A DNA stretch of 64,000 nt from positions 138,917 to 202,916 of the forward strand of contig CAWCIV010000002.1 in the NCBI GenBank assembly GCA_963795805.1, in the 5' to 3' direction. A model generated the notes under the pieces. The model did no database searches. It had not been told where the DNA came from and was given only the letters and a program-made list of their open reading frames with translations. The DNA is from an uncultured Chloroflexia bacterium. Lineage in GTDB: Bacteria > Chloroflexota > Dormibacteria > CF-121. How positions within the stretch are numbered: the stretch's first letter is position 1; every line of letters starts with the position of its first letter. A program made the translations under genes and the position numbers. Positions 18,347-27,998 of this stretch are shown one piece after another.

Positions 18347-20308
18347 TCAGACCTGGGTGCCGGCGTCCGTGACGGCTCGGCGCCAGGCATGCGGCGCCGC
18401 GGCCGCCCCACCCTCCAGCGCGCGGGGCCCGATCAGCCGGGCAATCTGGTCCTCATCAAGGACCTCTTCTTTGAGAAGGGCCTCAGCCAGCATGTCGAGT
18501 TTGGATCGGTTCGTGGTCAGGATCGACTCGGCAGCCTGATAGCCCTCGTTGAGCAGGCGGGTCACCTCTTCGTCGATGATCGCGGCGGTCCGCTGGCTGA
18601 CGTGGGGGCTGCCGGCTAGCTCCCGGCCGAGGAACACGGCACTCTGCGAGTCATCGAAGGAAAACAGTCCCATCTTTTTGCTCATCCCCCAGCTGACGAC
18701 CATCCGGCGCGCCAGCTCGGTGGCGGTCTCGAGGTCGTTCTGGGCGCCGGTCGTGATACTTCCCAGGGCAATCTGCTCCGCCGCGCGGCCACCGAGCGCC
18801 ATCGCGATGCGGCTCTCGAGATACTCTTCGGACAGGTTGTGCCGGTCATCCGTCGGGATCGACTGCGTCACGCCAAGCGCCATCCCGCGGGGGACGATCG
18901 TGATCTTGTGCACCGGATCAGACTGGGGTTGGTACCAGGCGACCAGCGCATGGCCGGACTCGTGGTAGGCGATGACTCGACGCTCGGCTTCACTCAAATA
19001 GATCTTTCGTTCCGAGCCGAGCACGACCCGGTCGAATGAGTCCTCGAAGTCATGCATGGTCACGGTCGTCCGGTTGGTGCGCGAGGCATGCAGGGCCGCC
19101 TCGTTCACCAGGTTCGCCAGGTCCGCGCCAACCAGACCGGGTGTCGAGCGGGCAATGATATCGAGATCGACGTCAGGGTCCACCGGGACGCCCCGGGTGT
19201 GGACTTTCAGAATGGCGGCGCGCCCGCGGCGGTCGGGACGATCGACCACGACGCGACGGTCGAAGCGACCTGGCCGAAGCAGGGCTGGATCGAGAACGTC
19301 GGCTCGGTTGGAGGCGGCCAGCACAACGACGGCCTCGCGCTGGTCGAAGCCATCCATCTCGACGAGCAGCTGGTTCAGGGTCTGCTCGCGTTCATCATTG
19401 CCGCCACCGAGACCGGCGCCGCGCTGGCGGCCGACTGCGTCGAGCTCGTCGACGAAGATCACGGCCGGGCTGTGCTTCTTGGCGTCCTCGAACAGGCTGC
19501 GGACACGGGAGGCGCCGACGCCAACGAACATCTCGACAAACTCCGACGCCGAGATGCTGAAGAACGGGACGCCCGCTTCACCGGCCACCGCGCGCGCCAG
19601 CAGCGTCTTGCCGGTACCGGGGGGGCCGATCAACAGGACGCCCTTGGGCATGTGGCCACCGAGCTTTTGAAATTTCTGAGGGTCGCGGAGGAATTCGACG
19701 ATCTCCTGGAGCTCGAATTGCGCCTGCTCGACACCGGCGACGTCGTGGAATGTCGTCTTGGGGGTCGCCGGGTCCTGAAGGCGCGCGCGGCTCTTACCAA
19801 AGGAAAAGATCCCCTGGGTGGCCTGTCCACTGCGCCGGATGAACCAGACCCAGAGACCGACCAGCACGAGGATTGGAAGGAAGCTGATCAGCAGGTTGCC
19901 CAGGCCGCCGGTATCGGTCTTGACCGTGGTCGTGACGTGGTTTTGACTCAGCGCCTGCCAGAAGGCCGGGTCGACCTGGCTGACGCCGTCCGGGACCGTC
20001 GCGTGGAACTGCGTCCCGGCGATGCTGTTATAGCTGAAACTGGAATTGAAGTCTCCGCTGGCATCCTGCCCCTGGATGGTGATGTCCTTGACGTTGCCCT
20101 TTAAGACCTGGGCCTGCAGCTCGGAGTAGGGAATGTCGACCCGCGGGGGGCCACCCAGGCGGCTGATCAAGGGCGAAGCCAAAAAGAAGACATAAATCGC
20201 CAGCCCTGCGACCAGCAGCGACAGCCGGAGACGGTTGTTCGGTCCCTTGGACGGGGTCGCATTGGGGTTCGGCTTGGGCGGGTTGGTCTGATCCGGACGG
20301 AGCGCCAT
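18347..20308 (-). CDS. ftsH: ATP-dependent zinc metalloprotease FtsH
   Basis: 653 aa with two N-terminal TM segments. GPPGTGKT, second region of homology, and HESGHAL zinc site. Confidence 0.95.
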   Translation of the reverse strand: MALRPDQTNPPKPNPNATPSKGPNNRLRLSLLVAGLAIYVFFLASPLISRLGGPPRVDIPYSELQAQVLKGNVKDITIQGQDASGDFNSSFSYNSIAGTQFHATVPDGVSQVDPAFWQALSQNHVTTTVKTDTGGLGNLLISFLPILVLVGLWVWFIRRSGQATQGIFSFGKSRARLQDPATPKTTFHDVAGVEQAQFELQEIVEFLRDPQKFQKLGGHMPKGVLLIGPPGTGKTLLARAVAGEAGVPFFSISASEFVEMFVGVGASRVRSLFEDAKKHSPAVIFVDELDAVGRQRGAGLGGGNDEREQTLNQLLVEMDGFDQREAVVVLAASNRADVLDPALLRPGRFDRRVVVDRPDRRGRAAILKVHTRGVPVDPDVDLDIIARSTPGLVGADLANLVNEAALHASRTNRTTVTMHDFEDSFDRVVLGSERKIYLSEAERRVIAYHESGHALVAWYQPQSDPVHKITIVPRGMALGVTQSIPTDDRHNLSEEYLESRIAMALGGRAAEQIALGSITTGAQNDLETATELARRMVVSWGMSKKMGLFSFDDSQSAVFLGRELAGSPHVSQRTAAIIDEEVTRLLNEGYQAAESILTTNRSKLDMLAEALLKEEVLDEDQIARLIGPRALEGGAAAAPHAWRRAVTDAGTQV

Positions 20309-20438
20309 GGTCCTAGTCTATGCGCCCGCGCGCGAAAGGAAACATCTGTAGGGGAAACGGCAGGCGGATGGCAACCAATCAGCCATTGGAACTCAGATTA
20401 CCGGGCAAATCTAAGCAAGCGGTGAGAGCACGCGGGCT

Positions 20439-20444
20439 TATAAT
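20439..20444 (+). promoter_or_regulatory. -10 box (TATAAT) upstream of tRNA-Ala(CGC)
   Basis: Perfect TATAAT 8 nt upstream of the mature tRNA 5' end. No convincing -35. Confidence 0.3.
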
Positions 20445-20452
20445 TCCGCTCC

Positions 20453-20525
20453 GGGGCGATAGCTCAGCTGGCAGAGCGCTGCACTCGCATTGCAGAGGTC
20501 GAGAGTTCGAGTCTCTTTCGCTCCA
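20453..20525 (+). tRNA. tRNA-Ala (anticodon CGC), CCA not encoded
   Basis: GGGGCGA-TA-GCTC-AGCTGGCA-GAGC-G-CTGCA-CTCGCAT-TGCAG-AGGTC-GAGAG-TTCGAGT-CTCTT-TCGCTCC-A. G3:U70 is present. Confidence 0.9.
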
Positions 20526-20556
20526 CAACTTCGTGGTGACGTTCCCGCTGTCGCTC

Positions 20557-21921
20557 TCAGGCGGCGGCTGGCAAGGCTCGAGGATCGACCTCGCTGGCAT
20601 CGATCGCTTCCTTCGCCTCCGGCTGCGCGATTCGCGCAAAGGCCGCCCAGATGACCATCGGCGCGGCGCCCGACACGACGATCACGATCCGGGCGAGCAG
20701 CAGCTGGTCAATGGGGGCGGCGAGCAGGAGAAAGAACCCGATGCTGAGGACGCGGCCGACGGCGAGGCACAGCTCCTGGTGGACGATGTACTCATAGCGA
20801 AGTGACCGCGCCTGCGGGTCCCGATCGATCACCTGCAGCGCGAGCGGCGCAAGCCCGTTGCCGTGCAGCGGGCCACCCAGGGCACGCAACAGCCCGAACG
20901 CCACCAGCGCCCACGCGGACAGATAGAGCGGCAGGACGAGCGTCGAGGCGACCAGCAAGGAGGCGCCGATCAAGGCGCACGCGATTCGGTGGCGCGGACG
21001 CATGTAGGCGGCCAGGACGAGGCTGGTTCCGACGCCCAGGATCCCCATGGTGCCGTTGAAGTTGCCCAGCTGCTGCTCGTTGTCGAGCACCAGGTAGGCG
21101 AGCACCGTCAGGACGACACCGCTGAGCATGCCGGAAAAGCCGTCGGCGAGCCGCGCGCCCATCACGTTCAGCCACGGCCGGTTCCGAAGGTGCAGCGTCG
21201 CCATGGTGTGGATCGAGAAGGCGGGCCGGTATCCGCACTTCAGCCGCCCGGCAAGCAGCATCGCGCCGATCATCAGGGCGGCCGCCAGTCCGAAGACCAC
21301 CTGGTAGCCGCGCTCCATGCCTCCCCAGTTCGCACCCAGCACGATGGCTGCGCCGGCCAACGGTGGTAGGCCGCCGCTGAGGAAGCAGTTGACCGCGCCC
21401 ATGGCGCCGAAATAGCGGTCGCGGTTGCCTTCGGTTGTCGAGTCATAGGTCGTGAGGTGAAAGCCTGCCCAGTACCAGCCCTCGCCCAGCCCGCGGAGCA
21501 GGCCGAGCGGGACGATCCAGTTGACGCTGTGGTTGCCGAGCCCGAGCACGGCGACGTACACGACGACAAGACAGCCGAGCCCGATGCGGATCGCCGTGCC
21601 GGCGCCGGCCCGCCTGAAGAGCAGGCCGTTGGCCAGGAAGGCGATCGGGATGGTGACGGCGCTGATCCAGGTGAAGAGGGCTACGCGCGCCAGGTCATGG
21701 CTGGCCTTCCACAGAAAGATGGATAAGAAGGTCGCCGCGAGCAGGTTGGCAGCCGTATAGGCGGCCGAGATCAACACCATGGTGGTCGCGGTTCGATCCA
21801 AGCCTCCCGACGTCGCCCTTACTGAAAACACGTCCCCTCTTTTCGCCGTGACCCGGCCCGTATCGGACAACGTCAGCGTGAGAACCCGCTTTCCCCGGTC
21901 ATCGGCCTGTGACCCGGTCAC
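20557..21921 (-). CDS. MFS-type transporter (polytopic membrane protein)
   Basis: 454-aa ORF with about 12 hydrophobic segments. Alternative start at ATG 21780 (MVLISAAY...). Divergent from the terpene operon. Confidence 0.5.
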   Translation of the reverse strand: MTGSQADDRGKRVLTLTLSDTGRVTAKRGDVFSVRATSGGLDRTATTMVLISAAYTAANLLAATFLSIFLWKASHDLARVALFTWISAVTIPIAFLANGLLFRRAGAGTAIRIGLGCLVVVYVAVLGLGNHSVNWIVPLGLLRGLGEGWYWAGFHLTTYDSTTEGNRDRYFGAMGAVNCFLSGGLPPLAGAAIVLGANWGGMERGYQVVFGLAAALMIGAMLLAGRLKCGYRPAFSIHTMATLHLRNRPWLNVMGARLADGFSGMLSGVVLTVLAYLVLDNEQQLGNFNGTMGILGVGTSLVLAAYMRPRHRIACALIGASLLVASTLVLPLYLSAWALVAFGLLRALGGPLHGNGLAPLALQVIDRDPQARSLRYEYIVHQELCLAVGRVLSIGFFLLLAAPIDQLLLARIVIVVSGAAPMVIWAAFARIAQPEAKEAIDASEVDPRALPAAA

Positions 21922-22020
21922 GCGGATTCGTCACCGGGAGGGTCCGAACCGCCGTGAAAACCGGCCCCAACGCGAGGCCGAAACGTTTGCCGCAACAGGC
22001 CGGCGGTAGCCTCCGCCTGA

Positions 22021-23593
22021 GCGCTGGGAAACGGCGCTCTCGAAAGGGAGCCAGAAACGGAACTCGCCGATCGTCACGTCCAGGCGCCGGAGCCGCGTCA
22101 ACGCGGGTCCCACCTCCCATTCCCGGCCGCCAGCCGGGAAATCCTTGCATCCCTCGACCGGGGCGCCATCTCGGCCGCCGCCTACGACACGGCGTTCGTG
22201 GCGCGGCTCCGTCACCCGGAACAGGCCGAGACCCTCGCCTACCCGAAGAGCCTCGCCTCCCTGCTGCGCGGCCAGAACCCCGATGGCAGCTTTGGGACCC
22301 GCCTCCCGATGCCCAAGGAGAAGTTGGTCTCCACCCTCAGCGCCCTGGTCGCGCTGGCCGACCTGCCAGCCTCGCTGCAGGACGGCGCCGCGCATCGCGC
22401 CCGGCTGGCCGCCCTCCGCTTCGTCTACGAAGACACCGCCAACTGGCAGACCGGCCCCGACACCGCCGGCTTCGAGTTGCTTCTGCCGGCCCTCCTCGAC
22501 GAGGCCACGTCCCGCGAGTTGCCCCTACCGTTTGAACGGTTTCGCGGCGTGATCGCCCAGCGGGATGCCAAGATCGGACACATCCCGCCCCGGCTGATCT
22601 ACACGGTCGACACGCCCCTCCTCCACAGCCTCGAATACCTCGGCAGCCGGATCGATGCGCAGGCGGCCCGCGGACGCCTCTGCCGGAACGGGTCCTTCGC
22701 GAACTCGCCCTCAGCGACCGCGTACTTCCTCCTGCACAGCAGCGACGCCAGGGCGACGGCGTACCTCGACGCGCTGATCAGCGCCCGCGGCGACGGCAGC
22801 GTGCCAACCGTCACCCCATTCGAGGTCTTCGAACGCGCCTGGGTCCTCTACAACCTCGCTCGGGCCGGCTTCATGCCGACCGACGCGGGGTCCCACGTGG
22901 CCTACCTCGCCCAGGCCCTCACCGACGACGGCGTGGGCGTCGCCAGCGAGGGGCTGCGGCCCGACTCGGACGACACCGCGCTCACGCTCAGCGTTCTGCA
23001 CCGGTACGGGTATCCGATCTCGATGGGGCCGCTGCGGCCCTTCGAAGGCATCAATTTCTTCTTCACGTTCCCCCTCGAACGTGACGCGTCTGTTACCGCC
23101 AATGCTCACGTGCTCGAAGTGCTCCGCGCCTGCGCCCCCTTCCCTCGCCAGCAGGTGATCGAGCAGAAGGTCGTGAAGTTCCTGCGCGACGCGCGGGTCG
23201 ACCAGAACCACTGGCTCGACAAATGGCACGTCTCGCCCCTCTACGCCACCGCCCATGCCACGTTCGCGCTGGCCGAAGCCGCGCCGGACGTCTGTTTGCC
23301 CGCCTACACCTGGTTCAAGAACAGCCAGCGCGACGACGGGTCGTGGGGCTGGTTCGACCAGGGGACGCCCGAGGAGACCGCCTACGCCGTCCAGGCGCTG
23401 CTCACCGCCCCGGAGTCGGTTCGGGCCGACTTCGACGCCAACTTGAGCCGGGCGGAGCAATACCTGAATGAAACGGAGGGTGAACTCGTCATCCCTATGT
23501 GGGTCGGCAAGACCCTGTACGCGCCGGATGAGGTCATTCGAGTCGGCGGTACTGTCGGCGCGGATTCTGCTGGCTCGGAGGTCGGTATGTTAG
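22021..23593 (+). CDS. Class II (protonation-dependent) terpene cyclase, labdane-type diterpene cyclase-like; start unresolved, one frame break near the 3' end
   Basis: ISAAAYDTAFVARL (upstream of the first canonical start GTG 22198). QW-like repeats QNPDGSFG, RGDGSVPT, QRDDGSWGW. DxDD is DSDD at 22963-22974. PMWVGKTLYAPDEVI then continues best in the +1 frame as ESAVLSARILLARRSVC* (stop 23591-23593). Confidence 0.7.
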
Positions 23594-24506
23594 ATCGGCG
23601 GATCGCCAAGCTCAAAGACAACCTGTTGCGGCAGGCCGACGAGGTCCGGGTCGTCCGGCACCTGGTCGACGACAATCCGCGGGGCGACGACATGCTGGGC
23701 GAGGTCTGCCGGGCCGCGGTCCTCCTGCACCCCGGGTCCACCTTCGAGCAGGCACTGACGCTGGCCCGGACGATGGCCTACATCGTCTACATCGATGACT
23801 TCCTCGAAGAGGAGCACCCGGAGTACGACCTGGGCGACTACCGCCGTGTCTGCCAGAACTTCCTGATCTGGCACAACCGCGACCTGAGCCAGATGCCGCT
23901 CGTCAACGCGACGGTGTCGCGCAAGGTCGAGGAGCAGTTCCTGGAAGATGAGGTCCCCGAAGAGTGGACGGCGATGCGCCGGCTGGTCTGGGAGAAATCG
24001 ATCTGGACGATGCTGCAGGAGAACCACTGGCTGAAACACAAGGAGCGCGTCACGCTCGACGCCTACCTCGCCAATGGCATGTACAGCAGCTCCTTCCCGA
24101 TCGTGCAGGTCAGCATCCTCGCCTTCTCCTACCAGGACGTCTCGCAGGAGCTGAAGAACCGGATCTTCGGCCACATCTGCCAGGCCTCCCGGGTGGTTCG
24201 GCTGGCCAACGACCTTCGTACGCACGAGCGCGAGGCGGCCCAGGGCCGATTCAACTCGGTCGACCTGATGCTGGCCGGCCAGCCCGACGGCACGCTCGAA
24301 TGCCGCGCGCGCCGCCGCCCGCCGCCTGATGGACGAGGAGTTCGAGATGCTGCAGAAGGCGGTCGCCAAGCGAGCGGCGCACGGGCGTCACCCAGCAGTT
24401 CCTCACCCACCTGATCGACAGCACCCAGGTGCTGCTGGACTTCTACGAAGTGCCGCGCAATCCGGCCCGGTCGGTCGGACCGGAGCCTGAAGGCGAGCTG
24501 ACCTGA
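23587..24506 (+). CDS. Class I (ionisation-dependent) terpene synthase; two frame breaks near the 3' end as printed
   Basis: GGAGG (23577-23581) plus 5 nt plus ATG 23587 (MLDRRIAKLKD). DDFLE at 23794-23808. NSE/DTE is NDLRTHERE at 24208-24234. The C-terminus is reconstructed as ...GQPDGTLE / AARAAARRLMDEEFEMLQKAVAKRA / RTGVTQQFLTHLIDSTQVLLDFYEVPRNPARSVGPEPEGELT*, with one base skipped near 24301 and one near 24377. In the ORF track it is fused to the class II gene (22198-24414). Confidence 0.7.
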
Positions 24507-24591
24507 CCATGGGCACCTCCATCAACCTCAAGCTCGTCGAAGCGCGCTGCGCCCGGCAAGCCGAACGAGCGCCGATTCCTCGGCGGTCGAG

Positions 24592-26934
24592 ATGGAGAAG
24601 CGCATCATCACGATCCGCTGGCTGGCCATCCTGCTCGCCACCGGCGCGCTGCCGTTCCTCAACCTCAAGGGCCAGACCATTCCCCTGATGGCGTTGATCG
24701 GCGTGGGCGCCGTGTACAACCTGCTCTTCCAGGTGTTCATCGTGCCGCGCAAGCCCGCCTGGCTGGAGCGCGGCTATATCTCGACCGTCGGCGACGTCCT
24801 GCTCGTGACCGGCGGCGTCGCGGTGACCACCGTGACCAACGGGCTCGAATCGCCGTTCTTCCTGGCCTATTTCGTGGTGACGGTGACCTCGGCCGTGCGC
24901 TTCGGTGGGGTTGCCGCGATCACCGCGGTCCTCACCATCATCCTGAGCTACAGCACGGTGGTCTTATGGTTCGACAGCGTCAAGGGCACCCCGCTGATCG
25001 CGGCGGACTTGACCGCCCTGGCGATGCGCACCGGGTTCGTGGCCATCACCGGCATCTTCGTCGGCTTCGTCGGTGACCGCGTTCGGCGGGCCGAGCAGGC
25101 CCTGCAGACGGAGCTCGACCGGGCGCATGCGGCGCTCTCCGAGGTCACGGTCGAACTCAACCGCGACCTGGAGTTCGAGCAAACCTGCCAGCTCACCGCC
25201 GAGAAGGGCCGGGGGCTGCTCAGCGCCGACGTGGTCCTGCTGCAGGTCCAGATGCCGTCTCTGATCGGCCAGGACGAGTCCGTCCCGCCCGCCTCCATGC
25301 TCTATATCGACTGGAGTCCCGAGCTGAAGGCCGCGCACGAAGGCACGGATATGAGCGCGGTGCGCCTCAACCTCCAGACCGCCACCACTGAGCAGGTCAT
25401 CCCCGTGCCCGACCCCAACGCGCTCGTTCCCTCGGATCACAAGCCGTTGCCCGCCGGGATGTGGGTTCGCGTGCCGGTTTTCCACGGCGCGCGCGCGATC
25501 GCCGATCTGATCTTCGGCTTCCAGGGCCGCGAGCAACCGCTACGCGAAACCGAACAGGACATCATGCTCACCTTCGCCGAACGCGCCGGCATCGCGATGC
25601 GCAACGCGCATACGCTCGACCAGGCCCAGAAGCTGTCGGTCACGGACTCGGTCACCGGGCTGCCGAACCACCGCTACTTTCACACCCGCTTCGACGAGGA
25701 GCTGGAGCGAACGCGCGACGCCGGTGGCTCGATCACCGTGATGATGATCGACCTCGACCGCTTCAAGGTCTACAACGACAGCTTCGGCCACGCCGCGGGC
25801 GACGTCGCGCTGAAGGCGGCCGCCCGCACGATCTCCTCGACGATGCGCCGAGAGGACACGGTCACCCGGTACGGCGGCGAGGAGTTCGTTGCGATCCTGC
25901 CCGGCGTCGACATCCAGACCGCCCCCATCCGAGCGCAGGAGATCTGCGACACCCTGGCCAAGGTGTTCATGTACAACCCCAAAACCATCTTTGCCCCGCT
26001 GACCGCCTCGGTCGGTTGGGCGACTTACCCGGTCGATGCCAAGAACCGCGACGAGCTGCTGAACCGCGCCGACCTGGCCATGTACATGGCCAAGAAGCGC
26101 GGGCGCAACTGCATCTGCGGCGCCTGCGAACTGGAGAGCGTCGCCGCGCTCGACTCCGTGCTCAGCGAGGTCGTCGCCCAGCTGGCCAGCGCCGACACGG
26201 TCGGCCCCGGCATGGTCGCCAACCTCGAGAAGCGCCTTGGCCAAATCGCCAACTCCAGCCATCTCGAGGAGCTGGCCGAGGGCATGCTCTCCCCCAACAG
26301 CGAGTCGACGCTGGAGGCGCTCAACGCGCTGGCGGCCTCGATCGACGCCAAGGACCCGTACACCAGCGGCCACTCCCAGTCGGTCGCCAAGCTCGCCGAA
26401 GACCTGGGCGACATGCTGCAACTCTCCGCGGCCCACAAGAACCAGCTTCGCCTCGCCGCCATCCTCCACGACGTGGGCAAGATCGGTGTGGTCGACAAGG
26501 TGCTGCTCAAGGAAGGCAAGCTGGATGAGGACGAGAAGCTGATCATGCGCATGCACCCCATCCTGGGCGCACGCATCCTGCAGCCGATCAAGGCCTTCCG
26601 CCAGATTCTCAACGTCGTCCTGCATCACCACGAGTGGTACGACGGGAGCGGCTATCCCGACGGCCTCGCGGGCCAGAACATCCCCCTGCACGCGCGCATC
26701 GTCTCCGTCTGCGATGCGTATCACGCCATGACCTCGACCCGACCCTATCGCCAGCGGCGCACGCCGGAGTTCGCGATGGCCCAACTCGAGGCCGGGAAAG
26801 GCACCCAGTTCGACCCCATCATCGTGGACTACTTCGTCCAGATGATGCGTCGGCGCGAGGCTGACCATCCGGGCATCCTCGAAGAGGAAGGCCACCAGCA
26901 GGACCACGGCCCGGACGCCGCGGCAGCGGGCTGA
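24592..26934 (+). CDS. Membrane sensor protein with GAF-like, GGDEF (diguanylate cyclase) and HD-GYP (c-di-GMP phosphodiesterase) domains
   Basis: 780 aa with about 6 N-terminal TM segments. I-site RRED followed by RYGGEEFVAILPG. HD-GYP region has HSQSVAKLAEDLG, HDVGKIGV and HHHEWYDGSGYPDGL. Confidence 0.85.
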   Translation: MEKRIITIRWLAILLATGALPFLNLKGQTIPLMALIGVGAVYNLLFQVFIVPRKPAWLERGYISTVGDVLLVTGGVAVTTVTNGLESPFFLAYFVVTVTSAVRFGGVAAITAVLTIILSYSTVVLWFDSVKGTPLIAADLTALAMRTGFVAITGIFVGFVGDRVRRAEQALQTELDRAHAALSEVTVELNRDLEFEQTCQLTAEKGRGLLSADVVLLQVQMPSLIGQDESVPPASMLYIDWSPELKAAHEGTDMSAVRLNLQTATTEQVIPVPDPNALVPSDHKPLPAGMWVRVPVFHGARAIADLIFGFQGREQPLRETEQDIMLTFAERAGIAMRNAHTLDQAQKLSVTDSVTGLPNHRYFHTRFDEELERTRDAGGSITVMMIDLDRFKVYNDSFGHAAGDVALKAAARTISSTMRREDTVTRYGGEEFVAILPGVDIQTAPIRAQEICDTLAKVFMYNPKTIFAPLTASVGWATYPVDAKNRDELLNRADLAMYMAKKRGRNCICGACELESVAALDSVLSEVVAQLASADTVGPGMVANLEKRLGQIANSSHLEELAEGMLSPNSESTLEALNALAASIDAKDPYTSGHSQSVAKLAEDLGDMLQLSAAHKNQLRLAAILHDVGKIGVVDKVLLKEGKLDEDEKLIMRMHPILGARILQPIKAFRQILNVVLHHHEWYDGSGYPDGLAGQNIPLHARIVSVCDAYHAMTSTRPYRQRRTPEFAMAQLEAGKGTQFDPIIVDYFVQMMRRREADHPGILEEEGHQQDHGPDAAAAG

Positions 26935-26948
26935 GGGCGCCCGCGCCC

Positions 26949-27998
26949 ATGGCCCTCGACGCCAACGGTCACCCCCTTTCGCGGATCTCGGAGCGGAAGC
27001 TTCAGCACCTGCGCCTCTCGCTCGAGGCATCGGTCCAGTCGACCCGCGGCGCCGGCTTCGACCGACTGGCCTTCACCCATCAAGCCCTCCCCGACCTCGA
27101 CCTCGACGCCATCGACCTGCGCGCTAGCTTTCTCGGTCACCCGCTGCATCTCCCGTTCCTGATCTCCAGCATGACCGGCGGCGCCCACGCGGCAGGCGAC
27201 ATCAACCGGCGACTCGCGCTGGTCGCACAGGCGATGGGGATCGCGTTCGGCGTTGGCTCTCAGCGCGCGGGCATCACGCACAAGGACCTCCGCTCGACCT
27301 ACCAGGTGCGCAGCGTGGCACCGGATGTGCTCCTCTTCGCCAACCTTGGCGCGGTGCAGCTGAACTACGGCATGCGCAAGGAGCAGTGCCTCGAGGCGAT
27401 CGAGATGATCGGCGCCGATGCGCTCATCCTCCACCTGAATCCGCTCCAGGAGGCCCTCCAACCAGAGGGCGATCATAACTTCCGCGGCCTGCTGGAGAAG
27501 ATTGCCGAGCTCTGCACGGAGCTCCCGGTCCCGGTGATCGTCAAAGAAGTTGGTTGCGGAATTTCGGGTGAGACCGCGAGGCTGCTGGCCGACGCCGGCG
27601 TGGCCGCCATCGACGTCGCCGGGATGGGCGGGACGAGCTTCGCCCGTGTCGAGGCGATGCGCCGAGAGCGGCCCGAGGAGGTCGAGCTGGCGCTCGCCTT
27701 TGCCGAGTGGGGCATCCCAACCTGCGATGCCATCCGCGCCGTCCGCCAGGCGGCGCCGGCCACGCCCGTGATTGCGAGCGGTGGCCTGCGACACGGTCTC
27801 GATGCGGCCAAAGCGGTCGCGCTTGGCGCCGAGCTCACCGGCTTCGCCCACGTGGTTCTTGCCGCCGCCACCGAGAGCGAGGCGGCCGTTCGGCTGGTGC
27901 TGGACGGCTTTGCCTGGCAACTTCGGGTTGCGATGTTCTGCGCCGGGGCGCAGGATCTCGCCGCCCTCCGCGCTGTGGCCCTGCACGAGGTCCGATGA
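26949..27998 (+). CDS. fni: Type 2 isopentenyl-diphosphate delta-isomerase (FMN-dependent)
   Basis: 349 aa. ISERKLQHL, FLISSMTGG, VKEVGCGIS, AIDVAGMGGTSFA and IASGGLR. Confidence 0.85.
   Translation: MALDANGHPLSRISERKLQHLRLSLEASVQSTRGAGFDRLAFTHQALPDLDLDAIDLRASFLGHPLHLPFLISSMTGGAHAAGDINRRLALVAQAMGIAFGVGSQRAGITHKDLRSTYQVRSVAPDVLLFANLGAVQLNYGMRKEQCLEAIEMIGADALILHLNPLQEALQPEGDHNFRGLLEKIAELCTELPVPVIVKEVGCGISGETARLLADAGVAAIDVAGMGGTSFARVEAMRRERPEEVELALAFAEWGIPTCDAIRAVRQAAPATPVIASGGLRHGLDAAKAVALGAELTGFAHVVLAAATESEAAVRLVLDGFAWQLRVAMFCAGAQDLAALRAVALHEVR

Noticed and set aside
21909-22535. 208-aa and 135-aa plus-strand ORFs overlapping the start of the terpene cyclase
   Set aside because: Arg/Pro-rich alternative frames of the cyclase gene with low third-position G/C. 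They are of interest only as a possible location of the missing start codon.
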